Assembly (NCBI GenBank): GCA_963674825.1
Contig: OY771587.1
Location: 2,016,001 to 2,080,000, forward strand
Length of the DNA: 64,000 nt
DNA from: Candidatus Cloacimonadales bacterium
GTDB taxonomy: Bacteria > Cloacimonadota > Cloacimonadia > Cloacimonadales > JAIOQZ01
Reading direction: 5' to 3'
Shown: positions 19,676 to 29,740 of the stretch, piece after piece
Numbering within the stretch: position 1 is the first letter of the stretch
How the letters are laid out: each line of letters begins with the position of its first letter
The notes under the pieces: model-generated
What the model was told of the DNA's origin: nothing
Seen by the model: only the letters and a program-made list of their open reading frames with translations
The model's database searches: none
Position numbers and translations under genes: made by a program

Positions 19676-20191
19676 TTGTTGCCTGAAAAGAACCGTCCCA
19701 AAATAGTTGCGACGATGAAGAATCACAACAGACTGATAATGAAATGGATGATCGTCCTGCTGCTGGTGTTGCCAGGCCTCGCGATTTGCGAGGATGGCTT
19801 CCAGACGGGCAAGTCGCCGGCGAAGGCCGCGCTGATGTCGCTGTTTGTACCGGGCGCGGGTCAGATCTACAATGAGAGCTATTACAAGGCTGGCGGTGTG
19901 ATCATCCTGGAAGGCGTGCTGATCGGCCTGCTTATCAACGACCATAACGAAGCAGAAAAGGCGTACGACCGCGCGAAGCGCTCCAGCGACGATGATTTCG
20001 ACTACTGGGCGGATCGCTATTACAAGTATTACGACCGCAGGCAGAACGATATGTGGTGGCTCGGTATCACCATGCTCCTTTCCGGCATTGACGCCTACGT
20101 GGATGCGCATCTCTATAATTACGAAACACTTCGAGAAGATATACATCTCAAGTTCGAAGACAACAAAGTAATGATTTCCTGGGAATTCTAA
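19676..20191 (+). CDS. DUF5683-like membrane protein
   Basis: KSPAKAALMSLFVPGAGQIYN and DAYVDAHL motifs; true start probably 19715 or 19739. Confidence 0.8.
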   Translation: MLPEKNRPKIVATMKNHNRLIMKWMIVLLLVLPGLAICEDGFQTGKSPAKAALMSLFVPGAGQIYNESYYKAGGVIILEGVLIGLLINDHNEAEKAYDRAKRSSDDDFDYWADRYYKYYDRRQNDMWWLGITMLLSGIDAYVDAHLYNYETLREDIHLKFEDNKVMISWEF

Positions 20192-20213
20192 ACATAAGAC
20201 ACTGGAGGAAACC

Positions 20214-21707
20214 ATGTTGTTAAAATATGGACTGGTTGCCGCATACGGTATTATGATCATCGTGATCGGCATCATGGGTATGAAAAAGACCCGCAGTTTT
20301 AATGATTACTTTCTCGGCGGTGGTAAAGTAGGCGCGATTATGACGGCCTTTACCTACGGAACCGCCTACTTCTCGGCGGTTCTTTTCATCGGATTCGCCG
20401 GCAAGATCGGATGGGGATTCGGCTATTCCGGTATGTGGATTGCAGTAACCAACGCGATTATCGGTGTGCTGTTCGTGTGGTTGTTTGTTGGACCGAGAAT
20501 TAAAAGAGTCTCCACGCAGATGAAAGTCAGCACGATGGCTGAGTTCCTGGAAAGACGTTACAACAGCCGCATCATGCGATTCATGGCGGCAGTTTCGATC
20601 TTTATTTTCTTTGTACCCTATTCCGCCGCGGTCTTTATGGGCCTTTCGTATCTTTTTGAGACCAACTTCAACATGCCGTATATGTACGCGCTGCTTATAA
20701 TGGGTAGCTTGACCACTGTCTATCTGGTGATGGGCGGCTATAAGTCCATGACCATGATCGACGTGATCTTCGGCATCATCATGACAATCGGCGTTGTGAT
20801 CCTGCTTGGTTTTACGATCAACCGCGGTGGCGGTATCGCCAATATAACCAGTTCGCTTGCAGCGATCGATCCGAAGCTGGTCAAGCCTGTCGGTCCTCCC
20901 GGGATCTGGCCGCTACTGAGTTTGATCATGCTGACCAGTGTGGCTCCGTTCGCCATGCCGCAACTTATCCAGAAATTTTACGCGATCAAAGACGAGAAAG
21001 CAATCAAGAAAGGCCTCGTCGCTTCCACGCTTTTCGCACTGCTGATCGGCGGTGTGGCATACTTCTGCGGTGCGACAACTCGCGCGCTCCTGATGGATAA
21101 TACCGGCGAATTCCCCTATATGGATTCGCTTTATCTGAATGGCGTACTTCAGGTTGACCGCCTGATGCCTGAGCTGCTCACCAATATTATTCCTGAATCG
21201 CTTTCTATTATCATGCTCCTTCTGATCCTTTCCGCATCGATGTCAACGCTGGCTGCACTGGTGTTAATTTCCAGCTCTTCGATCGCGAAGGATATCTATG
21301 CCGGATTCATTAATCCGAATGTCCGGGATCGTACACTTACGTTGCTTATGCGTATAGGAAGTGCATTCTTTATCTTGCTTTCCGTGATTCTTGCCGCGAC
21401 AAAACCGGCGACCATTGTGAGTATCCTCGGAATCAGCTGGGGAGCGATCGGATCGGTGTTTTTAGGGCCCTTCATGTGGGGTCTGTTTACAAAAAAAGTC
21501 AACGATGTTGGTGCAATTTCTGCCTCTGTCCTCGGACTTGGCACGTGTCTTGTATTGTATGTCATGATGGGTCCAAGCTCATCACCGCAAGCCGGCTCCA
21601 TAGGCATGATTGTTTCGGTGGTAGTTTGCCCGTTATTCAGCCTGCTGAAACCGCGTAAGCTGATAAAGCCTGCTCACGAGATTTGGGAGAAGCATCATCG
21701 CGATTAA
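20214..21707 (+). CDS. Sodium:solute symporter family protein
   Basis: About 13 TM helices; DYFLGG, EFLERRY, SASMSTL motifs. Confidence 0.92.
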   Translation: MLLKYGLVAAYGIMIIVIGIMGMKKTRSFNDYFLGGGKVGAIMTAFTYGTAYFSAVLFIGFAGKIGWGFGYSGMWIAVTNAIIGVLFVWLFVGPRIKRVSTQMKVSTMAEFLERRYNSRIMRFMAAVSIFIFFVPYSAAVFMGLSYLFETNFNMPYMYALLIMGSLTTVYLVMGGYKSMTMIDVIFGIIMTIGVVILLGFTINRGGGIANITSSLAAIDPKLVKPVGPPGIWPLLSLIMLTSVAPFAMPQLIQKFYAIKDEKAIKKGLVASTLFALLIGGVAYFCGATTRALLMDNTGEFPYMDSLYLNGVLQVDRLMPELLTNIIPESLSIIMLLLILSASMSTLAALVLISSSSIAKDIYAGFINPNVRDRTLTLLMRIGSAFFILLSVILAATKPATIVSILGISWGAIGSVFLGPFMWGLFTKKVNDVGAISASVLGLGTCLVLYVMMGPSSSPQAGSIGMIVSVVVCPLFSLLKPRKLIKPAHEIWEKHHRD

Positions 21708-21749
21708 TCGTGGCTGAAAAGAGGATTTGCATTAACTGAGGAGAGAGAG

Positions 21750-24053
21750 ATGAACAAAATTACCTTTATAGCGATTGCTCTGCTAATATGCGCGTTTCTT
21801 CATGGCGCATTGCTCAGAGACATCCCAACGACCATCACGCAACCGGACGGCGAACAATTCAGCTGCTACGCAAGTGGCGATGAATTCTTCAACTACCTGC
21901 ATGATGAAAATAACTTCGCCATCATCCAGAGTCAGGACGATGGATTCTACTACTACGCCGTTCTTCAGAATGGAAAGCCGGAACCGTCGCAATATCGCGC
22001 ATTCAGCGTAGATCCGGCTTCGGTCGGTCTCACACCTGGTGCGGTGATTTCACAAGAAGCATATCAGCAGAGGCGCGAAGCGTTCCAAGCGACCATGCGT
22101 GACGACAGCCGTATGAATTCGATCGGTACAGTTCAGAACCTGGTTGTCTATATTCGTTTTGCCGACCAGACTGAGTTCACTGATCCGCGTACGTTCTTCG
22201 ATAACAAATTCAACGCTGAAACAGGATCCTTAGGCGCGTACTACGATGAGGTTTCCTACGGACAAATGGAAATCGTCAGCACGCACTATCCTGTCTGTGA
22301 CGAGACCACCAACTTGTCTTATCAGGATTCTCATCCGCGTTGCTATTTCAGTCCGTACAACGCGACAACCAACCCCACCGGCTATCAGAATCAGTCGCAG
22401 TATGCTCAGCGAGAGCATCAGCTGCTGGTTGACGCGATTACGTATATCGAAGATCAGGTCCCGGAAGATTTGATCATTGATAACGATAATGACAACCGTG
22501 TGGACAACGTATGTTTCATCATTCGCGGGCCGAATGACAGTTGGGCTGACCTTCTCTGGGCACACCGCTGGACGCTGTTCAGCTTCACCGTCTATATCCA
22601 CGGAAAGCGCGTTTATGACTACACCTTCCAACCTGAAACACAGAACGAAGTGAGTACGCTTTGCCATGAGATGTTCCACTCCGTAGGCGCACCGGACCTC
22701 TACCATTACAATGGCGGTTCGTTCGAATCAGTCGGTCCCTGGGATATCATGGACGGCGGTTCTGCTCATATGGGCGCGTACATGAAGTACAGATATAGCG
22801 ACTGGATCACCAACATTCCCGAAATCAGCGCTCACGGAACCTATACGCTGAATCCACTGATTGACGGGTATAACAACTGCTACAAGATCCCTTCGCCGAA
22901 CAGCAACACCGAGTATTTCGTGCTCGAATACCGCAAGAAAACTGTGGGAACATTCGAAAACATTCTGCCTTCATCTGGTCTGCTGGTATATCGTATCAAT
23001 ACACTGTACGATGGACAGGGTAACGCGAGTGGCCCTCCGGACGAGGTCTATGTGTATCGTCCCGGTGGTACAACCGAGGCTAATGGAACGCTCTCGATGG
23101 CGACATTTTCTTCCGATTATGGTAGGAGCGCTATCAATGACGAAACAAATCCGACTTGCTTCCTCAGCAATGGGTACGATGGCGGTCTTTTCCTGCATCA
23201 GATCGGTACTTGTGATGATCAGATCAGTTTTATCCTCTACCCGGAACTGGGATACCTCTCCGGAACCGTGTCAGCCGACCAGGGTGACCCTGACCTGACT
23301 GAAGTCGATATCATGATCGATGATCTCGTGTTCTCGCCGGGAGCTAATGGCGACTTCACGATTCCTTACTACGAAGGTACTTACGATGTAACCGCTCTGC
23401 TCGATGGCTATGTCCCGTCCGTGGCGACAGCGACAATCGTTCCGAACGATTTCACCGAGATCGAACTTCCACTCCAATTCCTCATGGGACCCTATGGCCT
23501 TGAACGTACACTGGATGGCAACGACGTCCACATGAGCTGGAATTTCGATAATGAAGAGAACGAGTTCTTCACCCATTACGCGATCTATATTCGAGCTACT
23601 TCCAACGCGTTCTCGCAGTTTGCAACAACGACGGAGACAAGCTTTGACGTAACGCTGGCACCGGTTCTCGACTACGCGTTCTACATCTGCGCGATCTATG
23701 AGAACGGAGTAAGTGCTCCGTCGAATACGATCTACGTGAGCTATCTCGATAACGAAGATCCCACAGCTCCGCAGCTTGAAACGGCTCTGATGGGTAACCA
23801 CCCGAACCCGTTCAATCCCAGCACGACCGTCAGCTTCTCGCTGGATAAAACCTCCGATGTTACCGTCGAGGTATTTAACCTGAAGGGACAGTTGGTGAAA
23901 ACCCTGGCGAGTGAGCGTATGACCGCCGGTTCACACACCATCGAATGGAATGGTGACGACAACTACGGCAAGAACGCTGCAAGTGGCGTTTACTTCCTCA
24001 AGATGAGTACTGATCGCTACAGCTCGACGAAAAAGATGCTGCTGCTGAAGTAA
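21750..24053 (+). CDS. M6 (immune inhibitor A-like) metalloprotease with FlgD-Ig/T9SS-type C-terminal domain
   Basis: Signal peptide; QPDG propeptide; CHEMFHSVGAPDLY; WDIM; EYFVLEYR; NHPNPFNP...KKMLLLK. Confidence 0.92.
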   Translation: MNKITFIAIALLICAFLHGALLRDIPTTITQPDGEQFSCYASGDEFFNYLHDENNFAIIQSQDDGFYYYAVLQNGKPEPSQYRAFSVDPASVGLTPGAVISQEAYQQRREAFQATMRDDSRMNSIGTVQNLVVYIRFADQTEFTDPRTFFDNKFNAETGSLGAYYDEVSYGQMEIVSTHYPVCDETTNLSYQDSHPRCYFSPYNATTNPTGYQNQSQYAQREHQLLVDAITYIEDQVPEDLIIDNDNDNRVDNVCFIIRGPNDSWADLLWAHRWTLFSFTVYIHGKRVYDYTFQPETQNEVSTLCHEMFHSVGAPDLYHYNGGSFESVGPWDIMDGGSAHMGAYMKYRYSDWITNIPEISAHGTYTLNPLIDGYNNCYKIPSPNSNTEYFVLEYRKKTVGTFENILPSSGLLVYRINTLYDGQGNASGPPDEVYVYRPGGTTEANGTLSMATFSSDYGRSAINDETNPTCFLSNGYDGGLFLHQIGTCDDQISFILYPELGYLSGTVSADQGDPDLTEVDIMIDDLVFSPGANGDFTIPYYEGTYDVTALLDGYVPSVATATIVPNDFTEIELPLQFLMGPYGLERTLDGNDVHMSWNFDNEENEFFTHYAIYIRATSNAFSQFATTTETSFDVTLAPVLDYAFYICAIYENGVSAPSNTIYVSYLDNEDPTAPQLETALMGNHPNPFNPSTTVSFSLDKTSDVTVEVFNLKGQLVKTLASERMTAGSHTIEWNGDDNYGKNAASGVYFLKMSTDRYSSTKKMLLLK

Positions 24054-24077
24054 ACAGTTATTACGAATAATAGAAGT

Positions 24078-24109
24078 ACCCGCTTCACTGATGTGGAGCG
24101 GGTTTTTTT
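24078..24109 (+). terminator. Rho-independent terminator
   Basis: ACCCGCTTCAC-TGAT-GTGGAGCGGGT followed by a T run, after the M6 protease gene. Confidence 0.9.
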
Positions 24110-24126
24110 ATAATGCTTCTATTTGT

Positions 24127-25044
24127 TTAGTAGTGCTTCTGGATATCTAAGGAGTGAAATAATAATTGATAAGAATTCATGCTGAGTTCGGCTTGATATA
24201 CAGGTATATTCCTTGCATCCGAGAGATGGATAAGTTCATTAACGTATTGATTCTTTAAATCACAGTTGCACCCTAAGTATATAGCGGTAACGACTTCTTT
24301 GTCATCGCAAAAATGCTTAATGCAATTGTCTTGGTCCGGCTTAGGGTTATTATTTACAGCAATGACAAGCCTATATTCATGTTCATAGCTCCAAGCTGTA
24401 GGTTTCTTAAAAAGTGCTATAAGTCCATCATGTGGATTCTTCGGTATCAGGCCAAATTTAGGATGAAAAGCAAAATCTAAATATGGGTAAGAATCATTGT
24501 ATTCAACTAGGCCATGGGCAAAAAAACAATTTGTATCTCTGTAGAATCTTGCAATAGAACCAATCAATTTGCATATATCAATTTCTATGCAAAAGCCTTG
24601 ATGCGAATGGCTGTAATTTGACCAAAGAAGTATACTATCTTTAAAGGTTGAGGTAGAAAAAACTCGGCATTCCTTTCTTAGTACAGTACTGGATCTGTCT
24701 GATAATTTTGTGCGGAGATTTGTTAGATCAACTTTCTCTTGAGAGAATTGTAGCTTTATCTTCATGCTGTCTTCTTTTGAAATACACGGTACAAACATAG
24801 AAGTAAGATTATGCCAGAACTCATTATCTATCTTACTGAACTGACGTGCAATTTCAGAGTTCTCAATGATTGGTGAATACATCAACTCGAACGGATCATT
24901 TAGATCGCTTGGTTGAGCAAAGTAGAATTCATTATCTCGTAACATGTTTAACGAATAATCATTATTGAAGCTATAGTATTTGTAAATCCTTTTTGACTTC
25001 ATTCGCAATTGATGCATGTCGATTTCTGTAAACTTCTTTTCCAT
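24127..25044 (-). CDS. DUF2971 domain protein (AT-rich)
   Basis: IYKY, LNDPFE, LLWSNYS..HQGFCIE, K...WSYEHEYR, IYLG motifs. Confidence 0.85.
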   Translation of the reverse strand: MEKKFTEIDMHQLRMKSKRIYKYYSFNNDYSLNMLRDNEFYFAQPSDLNDPFELMYSPIIENSEIARQFSKIDNEFWHNLTSMFVPCISKEDSMKIKLQFSQEKVDLTNLRTKLSDRSSTVLRKECRVFSTSTFKDSILLWSNYSHSHQGFCIEIDICKLIGSIARFYRDTNCFFAHGLVEYNDSYPYLDFAFHPKFGLIPKNPHDGLIALFKKPTAWSYEHEYRLVIAVNNNPKPDQDNCIKHFCDDKEVVTAIYLGCNCDLKNQYVNELIHLSDARNIPVYQAELSMNSYQLLFHSLDIQKHY

Positions 25045-25131
25045 GATATAATTATATTGTGCACAGCTTAGTGGTCAAGTAATAAATATCTATATATGTA
25101 CGTTGTGATTGTTGGGTTATAAATGAGTTCA

Positions 25132-25159
25132 CATTGCCAGATTCATTGCCAGATTCATT
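25132..25159. repeat. 12-bp tandem repeat CATTGCCAGATT, about 2.3 copies
   Basis: Read directly from the sequence. Confidence 0.8.
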
Positions 25160-25161
25160 AG

Positions 25162-25191
25162 AAAAAACCCCACCTCGTAGAAGTGGGGTTT
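25162..25191 (-). terminator. Rho-independent terminator of the pgs operon
   Basis: AAACCCCAC...GTGGGGTTT stem with a T run on the minus strand. Confidence 0.85.
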
Positions 25192-25213
25192 GAATCCATT
25201 GTGGGACGAATCT

Positions 25214-26341
25214 TTACAGGTCGTCCGCTGCGTCTACAACGTTCTGGGTGAAGTGGCGATCCTTGCGGTCGAAGAAGACGACCATGGTCAGAGCCAGTAG
25301 GATAATCGCTAACGCGATAGAAGCGACGGTCACATTACGGCGCTTCGATTCGAAGATGGAGCCGTTTCCGACTTGCGGTAGCGGTTCCGGATCGACAGGA
25401 AGGTCGTAGCGTTCAGCGAGCTTGACCATATCGTAGAGGTGAATCACGGGCATGGTTTCTGCGAACTGCGTCATCACGCCGGGTTGATCGAACTCGAGCT
25501 TGACCAGCGACGGATTGACGCCATTGCGAACGATCTTCGCGTTTTCGAGGATACCGACGTTACCGTAGCCGCCACCAATATTGATGAAAGCCGCGTATTT
25601 TTCGCGAGCGGGAAGATAGCGCTGGTAGGCATTCCAGCGTTTCTCGACGACAGATTCGTCGCTATCGCGTGGAACCCAGAGCTCATCCGGGTTCAGGCCG
25701 TTACGGCTGATCGCTTCGCGAATCACCTTACGCCCATATTTACCAACTCCGCCGCCACGGTCTTTATAACCGCCCAAAGAGGCGAGCCGTGACCGGAAGG
25801 AGATCATATTGTTTTTGTAGAGGACATTCTCCATGTCCAGCCATGTGAAGTCGTCGCGATTCGCGCCGAATTCGGCAGAACCAACCGATGTGATGATCAC
25901 CGGACGCAGCCTCATGGTCTCCATGGCTGCGTATAGTGCGAGGTTTGCGCCAGGGTTCGCGCCGGTCAGGCCTACAGCGACTAGGTCGAGCGAATCGACG
26001 TTTGCTTCGCGCAGGAATTCTACCATCAGCGCTGCCATGTTCGGATTGAGCGAGGTGAGGCGCTGCGATAGGGTTCCGTAGCTTGTGGTGATATTCGAGC
26101 TGTCGCGCATGACGCCGATCAGCCCGGTCATGTTGGGATCGTTATTCTCATCGATGATGTGTCCGCGCTGCAGGGACTCCTTTTTCAAGACGTCCATGCA
26201 TTGCTGCATCTTCTCTGCTGCGGCGATCTTGACGGGATCCTGTACAGTCGTGTAGGTGCTCTGGCTGATTAAATAGAGGATCATGGCCAGAATCGCTAAT
26301 CCTATAAGTGACCATATCGAGCGAAGTGATGGACGAAACAT
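25214..26341 (-). CDS. pgsW: Poly-gamma-glutamate system protein
   Basis: DPNMTGLIG, TSLNPN, ITSVGS..FGAN, TWLDME, FINIGGG motifs; N- and C-terminal TM helices; follows pgsBC. Confidence 0.88.
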   Translation of the reverse strand: MFRPSLRSIWSLIGLAILAMILYLISQSTYTTVQDPVKIAAAEKMQQCMDVLKKESLQRGHIIDENNDPNMTGLIGVMRDSSNITTSYGTLSQRLTSLNPNMAALMVEFLREANVDSLDLVAVGLTGANPGANLALYAAMETMRLRPVIITSVGSAEFGANRDDFTWLDMENVLYKNNMISFRSRLASLGGYKDRGGGVGKYGRKVIREAISRNGLNPDELWVPRDSDESVVEKRWNAYQRYLPAREKYAAFINIGGGYGNVGILENAKIVRNGVNPSLVKLEFDQPGVMTQFAETMPVIHLYDMVKLAERYDLPVDPEPLPQVGNGSIFESKRRNVTVASIALAIILLALTMVVFFDRKDRHFTQNVVDAADDL

Positions 26342-26343
26342 GA

Positions 26344-26781
26344 TTAGAACCTCCCCGGGAATATGATCAGAAGAATCAGCCGGACGATAACCGCTGCAAG
26401 GAACATGCTGGAAAGTGTGCGCCAGATGCCCTGACGTTCCATCCAGTTAGCGATCAGACCGGGGATGATATAACCGATCGAGTGGAATTTGAGGTCCATG
26501 GGAGTCAGGTGGAACACCATCGAAGAGAGCCATCCGAAGATAAAGCCGATCAGGATGCTGAGAACCATACGACGTTTTCCATAGAGCAATGTGAATTGTG
26601 AGACCAGCTTGATTACCAGCAGGGTCGCGAAACTTACAACCAGCGTACCGATAATGAATCCGGGTTTATCCAGGTACATGGCAATATAACCCGGTACGAC
26701 AATACCGCCTGCCGATGCGCCCAGCAATTCGCTGAACACGAGGCTGACAATAACTCCTAAACCAACGGCCGCTTCAACCAT
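26344..26781 (-). CDS. pgsC: Poly-gamma-glutamate biosynthesis protein PgsC/CapC
   Basis: AGGIVVPGY, LYGKRR, IGYIIPGLIANW motifs. Confidence 0.95.
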   Translation of the reverse strand: MVEAAVGLGVIVSLVFSELLGASAGGIVVPGYIAMYLDKPGFIIGTLVVSFATLLVIKLVSQFTLLYGKRRMVLSILIGFIFGWLSSMVFHLTPMDLKFHSIGYIIPGLIANWMERQGIWRTLSSMFLAAVIVRLILLIIFPGRF

Positions 26782-27955
26782 TGATTCCTCCTTGGGATTT
26801 CATCTTGAAATATTTTACAATCTGAGCGCCGTATTTGATTCGCCCAGCGATGTTTCCAATTGCAAAGATGTGGCATTCCTTCTGCACGAGGGAATGGATC
26901 TTGTTGTAAACGAGTTCGGGATCGTCTTCGCCCATGATGATCAGCTTCTTCTTCGAGATGCCCTTCTCCTTTGCATAGGTTGCAAGCTGGAAAGTACGCT
27001 CACCGGTAAGCACCAGGAAGTCGAAATCGAGTGTTTTGCTGACATCGACAAGCTGTTTGGAGCGGAAGAAGCGATCGCTTCGGGTGTTGAGGATAATAAC
27101 CTTCTCCACCTTCTCGAGCGGTTTGATGATCGAGTTCCAGATCATGACGGTTGAATCTGGATCGTTCGCGGCGAACACGTTGTAGAAAAAGAGTTTCTTG
27201 CCCTTGTTTTCGATGTAATATCGCTTGAGAGCACCCGGGTCAGGACGCGAGGTTTGCATGCCCCTGAGCGCTTTTTCACGCGGTACACCGAGTTTTTTGC
27301 AGACTTCCAGCGCCAGGGTAACGTTCTCTTTGTGCTCGATATAGTTGAAATGGAGCAGTTCTTCGTCGGTTACCTGGTCTTTCGGAACCTGGATCAGTTC
27401 GGTGTTACTCTTGTGGGCATCTTTCTGCATAACCGGGAATTGATCGACCTCGGAAGTGAAGCAGACGCCGTTTTTAGGGAGCGAATTGCACAGACAGTGG
27501 GTAATACTTTCGAGCGTGTCTCCCATAAGATCCATGTGATCCATACGGGAATTGGTGATCACGCCGATAGTCGATTTAACGAACATTTTCTCGGTAACCC
27601 ACTGATAGAGCGGATTGACGGCCATACATTCGATCACGATCACGTCTGGTTTGCGCTGTGCGCTGTACCGGAAGACGTATTTCTGCTCGATGATGTTGGC
27701 GTTGGCAAGGCGTTCGATGGATGCCTCAGTACCGTCTTCGAGGATCATCCGGGGCATGGTGCCGGTTGTTTTTGCGATGGTCTTGAGCCCACCCGCGCGA
27801 AGACCTGCAGCGATCAGACGGGTTACGCTCGATTTCCCGCGCGTTCCATTTACATGGACTCGATTTGGGATTGCCGCGACATTCTGTTTGTGGCGATAAT
27901 ACTCCAAAGCATAATGGGCGACCAGAATTACAGTCACCAGAATCAATATGTACAT
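26774..27955 (-). CDS. pgsB: Poly-gamma-glutamate synthase PgsB/CapB
   Basis: HVNGTRGKSSVTRL, KTTGT, ANIIEQ, IECMAV, DHMDLMG, FAANDPDST motifs. Confidence 0.96.
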   Translation of the reverse strand: MYILILVTVILVAHYALEYYRHKQNVAAIPNRVHVNGTRGKSSVTRLIAAGLRAGGLKTIAKTTGTMPRMILEDGTEASIERLANANIIEQKYVFRYSAQRKPDVIVIECMAVNPLYQWVTEKMFVKSTIGVITNSRMDHMDLMGDTLESITHCLCNSLPKNGVCFTSEVDQFPVMQKDAHKSNTELIQVPKDQVTDEELLHFNYIEHKENVTLALEVCKKLGVPREKALRGMQTSRPDPGALKRYYIENKGKKLFFYNVFAANDPDSTVMIWNSIIKPLEKVEKVIILNTRSDRFFRSKQLVDVSKTLDFDFLVLTGERTFQLATYAKEKGISKKKLIIMGEDDPELVYNKIHSLVQKECHIFAIGNIAGRIKYGAQIVKYFKMKSQGGING

Positions 27956-28125
27956 TACTACCTCAATCTAGGACAAAGTCTGACTGATTACTGCAAAATG
28001 CATTCCAGTTTTTATATCGCGGCAGGTTCACATGCATGTGAAATTCGTCAATGTTTTATCTTTACATTGATTTTATTTGACCGGCTGAACACGATAACCA
28101 ATTCTGCCCGCGAGGAGTACGTTAC

Positions 28126-29643
28126 ATGCGTCAGAAAGCAATCCTGTTTGCCATCGTGATGATGATGGCAGCCATATCGAGCCAGGCATTTACGCCGGAA
28201 CAAACGCATTTCAAATCGGCCACACTTTATCCGGTTTACCAGAAATGGCTGGAAAATTCTGCTATGTATAACGATACCCCCGCATCACTCGATGCAGAAT
28301 CGATCAAGATGACCTACTACACTAATGATGGAAGACCGGTTCGGGTTGGATTTCTTATCGAACGCGGGATGCTTATCGAATGCACTGAGATTTGGACACA
28401 GCAAGCCGAGAAGAATCCCGGCGACGCTGTTTTGCAGATCATGGGTGGGTTTCTGTTCCGCTTGAACGCAGGCTTTCCCGATACGCTTGAGCGCTTTTCC
28501 GAGCGCAATGATGTCCGGGTGATGGTCAGTGGTGTGACAATAAGCGCTGCGGAGCTTCAGAAACGACTTTCAGGTAACAGATTCTTTCCGCAGTCCATTA
28601 CCTATAATCATGCGAATGGCGAGACTGCCATCTCTATCGACGGAACCATCGATTTCCAGATGGTGATCGGCAAGAAAGCCAGATGGGATACATCAGTAGC
28701 TCAAATTCCCAAGATTCCGGGACGTGAGCCGGCTCCGGAGCCCAGAAAAGCGGTCGTTATCAAGCCGCAGAGGATTACGGAACCTATTGCAGAAGAACCC
28801 AGTGTGAATGTTCCTGAATCTGTTTCCGATGTAGAACCGACCGAATACGAGCCAGAGAAAGAGACAGAACGCTGGAAGCCAAAGGCGTCGCACGAGGTTG
28901 CGACCATGGTGCAACAGTCGGAGCTACCGGATATCCGCACAACGACCTTGCGGGAGATGGTGAAAAATTACTCCGGTCGCATCCTTACGCGTAAGGTGCT
29001 GCAAAATCAAGTGAAAGATCCGCTGGAATTCATTCGCGGCGACTTCCCCGATTACCGTATCGACGTGGAGAACAACCAATACCGTATCCATAGCCAACCC
29101 TATGAGGATAGGCTCTACTCGGAGATAGATGTCTTCTCGACGCAGCTTTCCGACGGATTGCAGATTTCCTCAGGAACGGGCTTTCAAATCGATGGGAAAA
29201 ACATCGTTCTGCCCAGCGGTGAGCGCATTTTTACAAGCAATCTGAGCGATGAGGAAGTCGAACGCATCGCGCCTAATCTGGTTGCGCTCTGCAATCAGCA
29301 TCGGGCACTTGGCAGGCAGTTGATCCACTTTCTGCTGACACCAGACGAGGCCTCGACCACGCTGGTGCTGAAAGGTGAGACGCGCGAAATGTACGAGATG
29401 CACAGCTATTTACAGCTTCTTCTGCTCCTTAACCATTGGTGGCAGGGGCGAACCGTCTATTTCAGTATCACCGAGGTGAAGAAAGTAAACGACTATATCG
29501 AATTACGTGGTAATCTGGTAGCCAGAGCGAATGACAGCGCTGAGGATTTCGATTTTGCCGATGTTCGGTTCCACCTCAATAAGTATTACCGGATTGACCT
29601 CGCGATGATGTTTCTGACTCCCGCTTCAGCCATGAAACAATGA
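28126..29643 (+). CDS. Hypothetical secreted protein with Pro/Glu-rich linker
   Basis: 505-aa ORF with GAGGAG RBS, signal peptide and a central low-complexity linker. Confidence 0.75.
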   Translation: MRQKAILFAIVMMMAAISSQAFTPEQTHFKSATLYPVYQKWLENSAMYNDTPASLDAESIKMTYYTNDGRPVRVGFLIERGMLIECTEIWTQQAEKNPGDAVLQIMGGFLFRLNAGFPDTLERFSERNDVRVMVSGVTISAAELQKRLSGNRFFPQSITYNHANGETAISIDGTIDFQMVIGKKARWDTSVAQIPKIPGREPAPEPRKAVVIKPQRITEPIAEEPSVNVPESVSDVEPTEYEPEKETERWKPKASHEVATMVQQSELPDIRTTTLREMVKNYSGRILTRKVLQNQVKDPLEFIRGDFPDYRIDVENNQYRIHSQPYEDRLYSEIDVFSTQLSDGLQISSGTGFQIDGKNIVLPSGERIFTSNLSDEEVERIAPNLVALCNQHRALGRQLIHFLLTPDEASTTLVLKGETREMYEMHSYLQLLLLLNHWWQGRTVYFSITEVKKVNDYIELRGNLVARANDSAEDFDFADVRFHLNKYYRIDLAMMFLTPASAMKQ

Positions 29644-29740
29644 AATCATCGTTGACAACAGGTGTATAGTTTGGTAACAGATAAGCAGCCCGTAAAGAAT
29701 ACAATCGGGCGTCGAAACGAACGGATGAATTGGAGACAAA

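Noticed and set aside
19532..20275. 247-aa minus-strand ORF
   Set aside because: Antisense to the DUF5683-like gene and spans a promoter region.
29678..29720. Hammerhead-like string CAGATAAG...stem...CGAAAC upstream of tatD
   Set aside because: Two mismatches to the catalytic core CUGAUGA, and no convincing stems I and III.
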